From: a virus
DNA: 64,000 nucleotides
IMG/VR virus record: IMGVR_UViG_3300014502_000004
Coordinates: 13,564 to 77,563 of that record
Strand: one strand, 5' to 3'
Under the pieces are notes generated by a model that made no database searches, was not told the origin of the DNA, and worked only from the letters and a program-made list of their open reading frames with translations. Numbering within the stretch: position 1 is the first letter of the stretch; every line of letters starts with the position of its first letter. The position numbers and the translations under genes were made by a program. Shown one piece after another: positions 46,751-55,100 of the stretch.

Positions 46751-49700
46751 CATAACCAAGGCTCGCAAGGGTGAGCATGTTGGTGGCAAGTACATTCTTC
46801 GTTGGTGGAAGAGTGAACGCTGGAACTATAAGTATTCAGATCTACAGAATCCGAATCATGGTCCAGCCAGTACAGCTACTGAGAAGCACACCATTGATGT
46901 ACATCCTCAATCACTGAGGTCCGAGCATTCCCCTGAGCAGGCGTTTCACTATGCCAGGCATCAAGCTCTGAGAGGAACAAAAGAGCACACTGCAGTTATT
47001 CTGTCCAAGAAGGGGGCTCCAAAGTACAAGGTCCTGGTTCGCCCATCCTCTGTCAGACCGATCATCATTCTGCCTCCAAACTCAAACCAAGCTCAGGATG
47101 CTATCACTACCCTTCCAAACTTTGCATCGTTGGATAACTGGGCTCATCGGAGAAGGACAACTAGAACTGTCCGTGACGCTCAAGGGAAGCCTTGGTTTGA
47201 GTTGAGGGACCGTGGACCTACCAGGGACAATCCCAGTGGCAAGATGAGTGTCAGGTACTGCGCTAGCAGTCCTCACAATCCCTTCCCTGGTGAGCCTCCT
47301 CAGTGGGCTGCCAGCCCATTCACGAAGGAGACGGCCAAGGAGTGGATAAAGGAGCAGCGGAGGCAGCAGAGAGCCTCTGGGCAGCGTGTGAAGCCTGCCA
47401 AGAGGTTTCCTATCGATAGGGATAGGCCAGCCACTACAGCTCTTGAGCAAGGTCGAATCACTTGGACCAGAGTTCGTAAGCCGTACTCCATTGTGTTCCA
47501 TGAGAGGACTGGCAAGACCACACAGCGTCGTGGGACTAGACCCATAAGACATGCTCAGTTCAAATCTGATGAAGATCGAAAGAACTTCTATGCCAAGGTT
47601 GTGAAGGAGCATTTTGGTCAGATAGTGCTGTACGCAGAACGTCAATTGAAGATGTACAATATATTTGATGTAGAGCAAATGGCTAGACTTCTTGGCTACT
47701 ACGGTGGTCCTGGTCGTTCTTCCAATATCCAGATTGAACCAGAGTCACCTACCATGACTGCTGTTGAGAGAGCAGTCAATTCTTATGATCCTGAGAAGGG
47801 TTGGAAGTTCAATACCTATCTTGGTCATTGCCTGTGGTGGGAAAACTTCAAAGAGACAAAGAAGATACTTGGTGAATTAAAGGAACGGCAGAAGATGGTC
47901 ACGACGTTGGACCACAGTGGTCACACCCATGATGTGATCACGAATCTTCAACGCAAGGATATGCATCCTGACCATGAGGCAATTGTCAGTGTAGGGGCAC
48001 ACACAGGTGAGCCAGATGTGAACCTGCTGGCGAAGCAGGAGAAGCTGAAGGATTGGTCCACCAGGCAAGAGGACAAGATTGCTCGCTTCACAGCAGCAGC
48101 TGGTGATGACCACGAGAGGCAGGTAACATCCTTTCTTGCTGCCACTGATCTACATGAGATCAAATCTCCTGAGCAGGCTCAGGCATTCATTGCTCACTGG
48201 CAGTCTGATGGTGGGGACGAGTTCGTGGAGCCCTATGAGGCTGAGGAAGTATCTAGACCCAAGGTCAAGATTCCTGCCAGCGAGAAGAAGTCCTGGGTGA
48301 CCATGGTGACAGAGCATCCTCTGCTTTCTTCGGCTGAGAAGGCGGCTCTACTGACCTTTGCTCCTAAAGGTGATCTTCAGAACATTCGACCGTTCACAGA
48401 GGTGTCGCTGGAGTTGGCGAAGAAGCATTCGAAAGAGTTTTCTCGTCCACCGTCTGAGCATCAATTGGTTGACATCTTTCTGAGTGCCCACCAGAAGCTG
48501 GCCGGTCTACCGGAGTTTGAGGCAATGCAAGCAAAGCTCTCTCCAGTGATGAAGGCGATCAATCTCATTCGAAAGCTTCAGCTCGACAAGATCTCCCAGG
48601 CTTCAGATATTCTTAGGAAGGCCAAGAAGGGGGAGAAGGTTCAAGGCTACAAGTATTGGAAGCGGGAGGGGGTTCCTGGTCACTACAAGTATTACTATCA
48701 TGATGCAAAGGGAAACATCATTGAAGGGACTAATGCTCCGGAGGATCATAAGCATCATCAGCCGTCATTAGGTTCTCCTCAGGTGGCCAAGAACGAGCCA
48801 ACTCAGAAGGAAAACCCTGAGTATTTTGATGCCAAGGGTCGGAAGATGAATCGGGCAGTTCCAGATCATGCTGAGTGGAATCCTGAGTATGACAAGGATA
48901 CTCACAGCAAGAGATGGGCAGCTCGTTGGCCTAAGGAAGATGGGTCTGACTACGAGTACGGTTATCCTGATTCTGATGTTCAGGAGAACAAGGAACTCTC
49001 AATCAATACCAGCAACAAGCATCTGGATGAGCAGCTGCCAAAGGTTCGCAAGGCTTACAAGTCACTGATGGGTTCTGATGCTCTTTCAGATCGTGCTCTT
49101 GGTTTGATGGTTGCTTTGCTTGACCAGGCTTTCATGAGAGTAGGTAAAAAGGCTCATGAGCAAGCAACAGGTCATGTGGCTTTGGTTTCTCTCAAGAAGT
49201 CCAATGTCAGTGTGAAGGGTAATGTTGTTTCGTTCTCTTATATTGGTAAGCGTGGAATGGAACAGAATCAGAATGTGGTTCTTGATTCTAAAGCCATGGG
49301 GATTGTCAAAGATCTCCTGACTGCACCCGGAAAGAAGGACAAGGATTACTTCTTCTCTGTGCCAGTAAAGCGTGGTGGTAGGACCAAGTACCAGGAGATC
49401 GGCTACAACAAGCTCGTGAGAAACCTGCAGAGCCTTGGTGTTCAGGCAAAGCAGTTTCGTTCTTATCATGGCACCAGGCTCTACTCAGAGTATTTCGAGG
49501 AACTGGCTGAGAAGATCAAGGGTAAGCCAACAGGACAGATGCTGGACAAGATCTCTGAAGCCGCAGCTATGAAGGTAGCCGCAGCTCTGGGTCACTTCAA
49601 GAAGGAAGGCGAAGATCAGAAGACTCACACAGCTAATGCCTTCAGTAGCTACATCGATCCTGTTGTGGTGAAGACTCTCTATCTCAATTCGCTGCATCCT

Positions 49701-50171
49701 GATTTCAACAAGTCGATTGAGGAAGTTGAGAAATCTCATCCTGTCGAAGAGAAGGTTTCATATGATGGGGTGAAGATCGATATAGAGAACAAGAAGGGGA
49801 GCACCAGGAACTGGTACGATCCGAATGAGGACAAAGAGGGCAAGACCAGGATGAACTACGACTATGGGTTCATTCCTCACACGGAGGGTGTGGATGGGGA
49901 TGGGGTTGATGTGTATATTGGTCCAAGCAAAGATTCGGCTCGTGTGTTTGTGATCCGCCAGATGAAGGGGCCTGACTTCAAGAAGTATGATGAAGACAAG
50001 GTGATGATGGGGTTCAGCTCACCTGAGGAAGCCAAAGCAGCCTACATGAAGCAGTATGATGACCCCAAGTTCTTTGGTGACATGAAAGAGATGACCATTC
50101 CGGAGTTGAAAGAGAAGATCAAGGATAAGAAGTACGAAGGCAAGATGCTCAAGTGCGTTAGTCTGGGGTGA
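46731..50171 (+). CDS. Polyvalent polyprotein: sigma70-like regions 2/4 + type IB topoisomerase + inorganic pyrophosphatase
   Basis: AV..YDPEKGWKFNTY; MRVG/IGK/FRSYHG/LGH/SYIDP; IENKKGS.R..DYG.I..T.G.DGD.VDVY. Start uncertain (frame open from 46674). Confidence 0.85.
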   Translation: MLPLLIDITKARKGEHVGGKYILRWWKSERWNYKYSDLQNPNHGPASTATEKHTIDVHPQSLRSEHSPEQAFHYARHQALRGTKEHTAVILSKKGAPKYKVLVRPSSVRPIIILPPNSNQAQDAITTLPNFASLDNWAHRRRTTRTVRDAQGKPWFELRDRGPTRDNPSGKMSVRYCASSPHNPFPGEPPQWAASPFTKETAKEWIKEQRRQQRASGQRVKPAKRFPIDRDRPATTALEQGRITWTRVRKPYSIVFHERTGKTTQRRGTRPIRHAQFKSDEDRKNFYAKVVKEHFGQIVLYAERQLKMYNIFDVEQMARLLGYYGGPGRSSNIQIEPESPTMTAVERAVNSYDPEKGWKFNTYLGHCLWWENFKETKKILGELKERQKMVTTLDHSGHTHDVITNLQRKDMHPDHEAIVSVGAHTGEPDVNLLAKQEKLKDWSTRQEDKIARFTAAAGDDHERQVTSFLAATDLHEIKSPEQAQAFIAHWQSDGGDEFVEPYEAEEVSRPKVKIPASEKKSWVTMVTEHPLLSSAEKAALLTFAPKGDLQNIRPFTEVSLELAKKHSKEFSRPPSEHQLVDIFLSAHQKLAGLPEFEAMQAKLSPVMKAINLIRKLQLDKISQASDILRKAKKGEKVQGYKYWKREGVPGHYKYYYHDAKGNIIEGTNAPEDHKHHQPSLGSPQVAKNEPTQKENPEYFDAKGRKMNRAVPDHAEWNPEYDKDTHSKRWAARWPKEDGSDYEYGYPDSDVQENKELSINTSNKHLDEQLPKVRKAYKSLMGSDALSDRALGLMVALLDQAFMRVGKKAHEQATGHVALVSLKKSNVSVKGNVVSFSYIGKRGMEQNQNVVLDSKAMGIVKDLLTAPGKKDKDYFFSVPVKRGGRTKYQEIGYNKLVRNLQSLGVQAKQFRSYHGTRLYSEYFEELAEKIKGKPTGQMLDKISEAAAMKVAAALGHFKKEGEDQKTHTANAFSSYIDPVVVKTLYLNSLHPDFNKSIEEVEKSHPVEEKVSYDGVKIDIENKKGSTRNWYDPNEDKEGKTRMNYDYGFIPHTEGVDGDGVDVYIGPSKDSARVFVIRQMKGPDFKKYDEDKVMMGFSSPEEAKAAYMKQYDDPKFFGDMKEMTIPELKEKIKDKKYEGKMLKCVSLG

Positions 50172-50174
50172 CCT

Positions 50175-51653
50175 ATGGACCTCTTCATTGATCTTATGAA
50201 GGCAGCAAGAGCCAGGGCAACTGGGGCAACTCAGCATACTTCTGGTGGTGATTTTGTCTGGAACGATTCTGTTGGGGCTTGGACCAGAAAAACACCACAG
50301 GGTGGTACACGCCCTCTTGAGAAGGTTAGTGATGCTAAAAAGCCAGTATCGTCACCAGAACCTTCTGAGAAGCCGCAGGGTGGTCATCAGCTAGAGCCAT
50401 GTCAATTTGGTGGAGGCATGGAATGTATCAAACATGGTGGTGATGGAGCAAAGAATCACTTCCAGGGTTATCGTCACCCCAAGATGAATAACCCACGCAG
50501 TATCCATGAAGTTGCATCACATGAGAATAGATCTTGGTCTGGTGTTGGTAGTGGGCACAGTCTTATTGATGCAACAGATGAGGAAGTGGAGAAACCTTTT
50601 ACTGTCGCTAAGGGTGTACTGCAGCATATGAATCAGTGGAAAGAAAAGGATTTCAAAGCTGTTAACCAATTGGATCAACTGGCAGAGATACATACAGTAC
50701 ACAATAGTCTTAGTCTATTGAATAGGTTGGTATCATATGAAAAGATTTCTGATCAGAAGGCAAGACCTATTCTTAATGGTCTTGAGGAGATTGGTAGGCG
50801 TCTATCTGTTTATGCTGCTGAATCTATCTTAGATAAGAAGCCACCTGGCAATAAAGGTGTTGTCAAGAGATTGAAGCAAAAGGCGTTTCAAGCTAGTATT
50901 TCTGCAAGGGTTCAGATTGGTCCGTACAATGTTGATATTCATGATGATGATAAGATTGAGAAGATGATTACTGATGCTGTTGGTGATGTTGATGTTGGGA
51001 AGTTTGTAGATGCCTGGTCTGTAAATGATAAGAATTTTATGTCAATAGTTACTGGAATTTCGATTGTTGACAATAGAATAATGTTTGATGGTCAAGTGTT
51101 GTCTTCTGCAGGTGACCATGTTGGAGTTTTTGACAGGAATATCAGCAAAGACAAGGAAGGTAATATAGTCGTTCGTCATGGTCTCCTGGATCTTGAAGAG
51201 GAGTATCAGGGCGGTTCAGAATCAAAATATGATTGGAAGATTGGGACAAAGATGACTCGTCAGGCTGTTAAACAATACATGAAGCTTGGCGTTAATGAGA
51301 TTACTACTCATCCAGCCTGGATTGGAAAGTATGTTTGGGCTCGCATGGGGTTCGATTATATTAATCCAGAAGTTGGAATTTCTTTTGTAAAGGAGCATCT
51401 ACCAAAATTCATTGCAAAGGAAGAGAAGATGTCTCTTCCTGCAGCGAAGAAACTTGTTGATCAGGTCGCAGCAAGACCATGGGATGTGGCGTGCCTGACT
51501 CATAAGGGACGACAGATTGGCAAGGACTTTCTCCTGAGTGAGAAGTATGAAGGTGGTGGTGGTCTGTGGTCAGAGACAGAAGCTCACGTCATATTTGACA
51601 AAAGCAATCCAGGGTTTGTTCACATGCTCAAGTATCTAGGGATCAAGGGGTAA
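50175..51653 (+). CDS. Head cargo protein with C-terminal GNAT-like domain
   Basis: MDLFIDLMKA leader; H.LL.L.EEYQG..IG......LG..EI.....IGKYVWARMGF. Confidence 0.6.
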   Translation: MDLFIDLMKAARARATGATQHTSGGDFVWNDSVGAWTRKTPQGGTRPLEKVSDAKKPVSSPEPSEKPQGGHQLEPCQFGGGMECIKHGGDGAKNHFQGYRHPKMNNPRSIHEVASHENRSWSGVGSGHSLIDATDEEVEKPFTVAKGVLQHMNQWKEKDFKAVNQLDQLAEIHTVHNSLSLLNRLVSYEKISDQKARPILNGLEEIGRRLSVYAAESILDKKPPGNKGVVKRLKQKAFQASISARVQIGPYNVDIHDDDKIEKMITDAVGDVDVGKFVDAWSVNDKNFMSIVTGISIVDNRIMFDGQVLSSAGDHVGVFDRNISKDKEGNIVVRHGLLDLEEEYQGGSESKYDWKIGTKMTRQAVKQYMKLGVNEITTHPAWIGKYVWARMGFDYINPEVGISFVKEHLPKFIAKEEKMSLPAAKKLVDQVAARPWDVACLTHKGRQIGKDFLLSEKYEGGGGLWSETEAHVIFDKSNPGFVHMLKYLGIKG

Positions 51654-51657
51654 TCAA

Positions 51658-52158
51658 ATGGCAAAAGTAGATTGGGCATCAACTCAGGAAGCTGTGGATC
51701 TGGTTGAGGCTCCTGGTGATGAGATTGAGTTTGACGATGATGGAAACATCATTCGCAACACTTTCACCGAGCAAAAGGAAGCTCAGCCCCAGCAAGGAGC
51801 TGAGGAGCCTGATGAGGACGAAGATAATACTGGTGAGGATCAGGACGAGCCCATGACGGCTCAGGTTTCTTCCAATCCTCCTGATAGGACCGACAGTGAA
51901 CAGGGTTTCAGTGAGTGGCTTCATTCGCATCCTGTTCATGAGACTGATGATGAGTGGGATCAATTGACGTTGGGTCAGGGCAAGATGCACACTCCTAAGT
52001 CTGAGGATGATGGAGAAGAGGTCGAGAATGCGGACGCCAAATCTACTGATTCGGGACAGCAGAATCCTGGGTCTGATCAATCAGGTGGAGAAGAGTCTCA
52101 AGACGGAAATGAGGACTATTCCTACCTCGACGAGTGGGGAAGGGGAAAGAAGGAATAA
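51658..52158 (+). CDS. Highly acidic disordered protein
   Basis: D/E-rich, 166 aa. Confidence 0.6.
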   Translation: MAKVDWASTQEAVDLVEAPGDEIEFDDDGNIIRNTFTEQKEAQPQQGAEEPDEDEDNTGEDQDEPMTAQVSSNPPDRTDSEQGFSEWLHSHPVHETDDEWDQLTLGQGKMHTPKSEDDGEEVENADAKSTDSGQQNPGSDQSGGEESQDGNEDYSYLDEWGRGKKE

Positions 52159-55100
52159 GGTTGTCCTAGGATTTGATGCACCGATTCCGTTTGAAGATCT
52201 CTCCAAGGCAGGTCGGCATTCTGCAACCAAACAGAGAGCTTGGCAGAAGCTTACCCAAGCTGTTGCAGGAACCAAAGGCGCACCCAACATCAAGAGACTG
52301 AATGCAGGTGAAGGTGGGTCAATTGATCTTGGTGAGCTGGGAGCTGGTGAAGCTGCCTGGGTGACACCACAGCGTGGTCCTGCTGCTGGTCGCCATGTGT
52401 TGGTGGCCAAACGTCCAGATGGTGATTTTGCTCTCATTGGTGGTATGCATACCCCTAATACCAGAATCGACTCAAAGACGGATGAGGAGTACCTAGTTGA
52501 TGACCAAGGGAAAGATCTGTCTGATGAGTCTGGCAAGCCTCGTAAAGTGACCCCAGAGGATTATCTGACTCACATCTCCCATCGGCATTTTGCTTTCAAG
52601 CAGCGTCAGAAGCCGACAACAGAATCAGAGGAAGAGAAGACTAGACGAGCTGAGCATGCTGTTCATGCTGAGAAGAGACGAAAGGCACAAGTAGAATATC
52701 GTGGAGCCCGTATGACGGCTCGTAAGCTGGTCAAGACCCATGAGACCAGTCTTCGGGAGACTCTTGGTTTGGCTGAGGGCACTACGTTGACGCCAGAGGC
52801 ACACGAGAAGATTGCTGCGACCTTTGAGAAGTCAGCTCTCGACTTTATGAAGAAGAAGAACATTCCGCTTGATGCTGATACCAAGCAGTTTGCGGCTGAG
52901 TTTGCCAAGAGAGCCACGAAATGTTTCAGAAGAGAGAGACTGAAGAAGATCGAGAAGATTCAGGAAGTATTGCTTAGTGCAGCGAAGAAAGGTCGTGATG
53001 GTAAGAGCACAGCAAGTGAGATGAAGCAACTGAAGCAGATGGCCACCAAGATCAAGGCCAGCACGGATCCTATTGATGAAACGTTGATGCAGAGTCTGCA
53101 AGATCTAAAAGACGGAAACATGTTTGATGCAGACAACAACATGGATCTTGCTGCAGACCAGATGGTTACCTCTGCATTTGATCATGCTGCACAGCTAGCA
53201 GCAGAAGAGACTTCGCAGCCAGAAGAAGATGAGGATTCAGGTAACCTCAACCAGGTCAAACCTGACAATCAGAATCTATTGGATCTGATCGAAGCCGATA
53301 AGAAGGCCGCAACGGTCGACACTGGGCTAAACCTGTCTTCGGCAATTTCACGATTCAAGACTGCAGAGAAGGTTAAGAAGGAAAAGAAGATCAAAGAGAA
53401 GGTGATGGTGCCCCAGTATGCTCAGGTGGATGCAGAGCCTGAGTTTGAGAATGAGGCTCAGCAGAGGGTCTTCTTTGACAAGGTGGGTGAGGACCAGACC
53501 AAGTTTGCTGCATCTCGTGTGGCTGCTGATAGAGCCTGGGCTGAGATTCGACGCATTTCTGAGGAGGCTGCTGCTCAGGGTATAGAGGAGCGTCCTCGCA
53601 CTGCTGTGTCACCAGAGGAGTTGGCTACTTCATTTGAGAGTGTTGAGAGCGCGATGGCAAAAACGGGTGTCACCAAGGACGACATCCGTAAGGAGATGAA
53701 GCTTCTAGAGACTGCTCAGAATGCAACATCTCCAACAGGTCCTGGGATGTACACCGTCATCAATGAATTCTGGAATGACAAGTCAGGCAACCTTCTCGAC
53801 TCTCATATGAGGAGAGGATCAGAGTATGCTTTGTCTGGGATGTTGTCGGAACATCTTCCACCAGAAATTCTGGCCACTGAAGAGATTCAAGGACTGTTGG
53901 GCCGGATGTCTACCAGGGTAAAGTTCAACGAAAAGTCGCAGCGGTTTGAAATGGTAATGGGTAAGGGGATGCAGTCTCAATATGGTGGTTTGGTCCATCG
54001 AACGTCTGCATCTGTGGCTCCGGTTATTGTGGCCCATAGGTTGTCTCAACTAGCCCAGCGTGGGGAAGCTGAAAGAGTGCGAGTTCGTGAACTGGAGAGG
54101 ACGATCAAAGATCCAGAATCTCAGCTAAAACGACGTGAGAAGTCTGAGATGGGGAAAGAGATCGAAAAGCTGAAGGAGAGTCCATTCTTCCAGCATTTCG
54201 GTCAAAAAGATTTTGATCACATGATTCAGTCTGTTGATGGCTGGAACAAGAAGAAGATTCTCCAGGTCGAAGACAAGGCTATGGATGAGGATCGGGCTCT
54301 TCGGACGAGAATCGAAGAAGAGGAGAAGCAGTTAGCAACGGGTGAGATTATCCGTCCCGAGGATAAGGTAGGAGTTGATGAGATCAATCCTCGCAGTCGT
54401 CTGGCTTCTATGCTCCAGAAAACCGAGAGTCTTGAAGCTCTTCGCCGTCGTCGACAGGAGAATCTTGGTTTGGCTTTGGGTTCTCTTGAAACTGTAGCTG
54501 CTCTGAATGTGGCTTTGCGAGAGTCAAGTGCCAAGGGTCAGTTGCGAGCAGCTGGTATCTCCAAGATTCCAGAAGAGGGAGAAGTAGGAGAGAAGCTGAA
54601 GTATGTGACCTCACCAAACATCTCTGAAAGAAACGATGTCAGGATCGATGTACCAGGTCCAGTTGAACATGAGGATCCTGACCAAAGAGATCTGTTGAGG
54701 CACACAGCGAAGCTTGCTGCTTATGACTATGCTAGGAACCAACTTGGGTTGTCTGACAACGAGATCCATGAGGTTGATGGAACTGCCATGGCAGTTCCTA
54801 GAGGAAAGTTGGCTGTCATTGGTGTTGACAAGAATGGTGCTCACGTTCGTGTGAAGCTTGGTGGTCCAGTAACACAAGCAGAGATAGAGGCTCAGGCATC
54901 TGGGAAGAAGACGAGGGCTCGTGGGTTGCTGGACAAGATTCCTCGTATGTCATCTCAACAATCTGTTGAAGATCGAAATGTTGACATCAAAAACAATCAG
55001 ACGTTGCCAACTCGTGCAGATCATCCTCCCCTTATCAGGGAGACAATGAGGTCAAACCCTGATCTTCCTATGGAGATGAAGCTAGCTCAATACAACGCTT

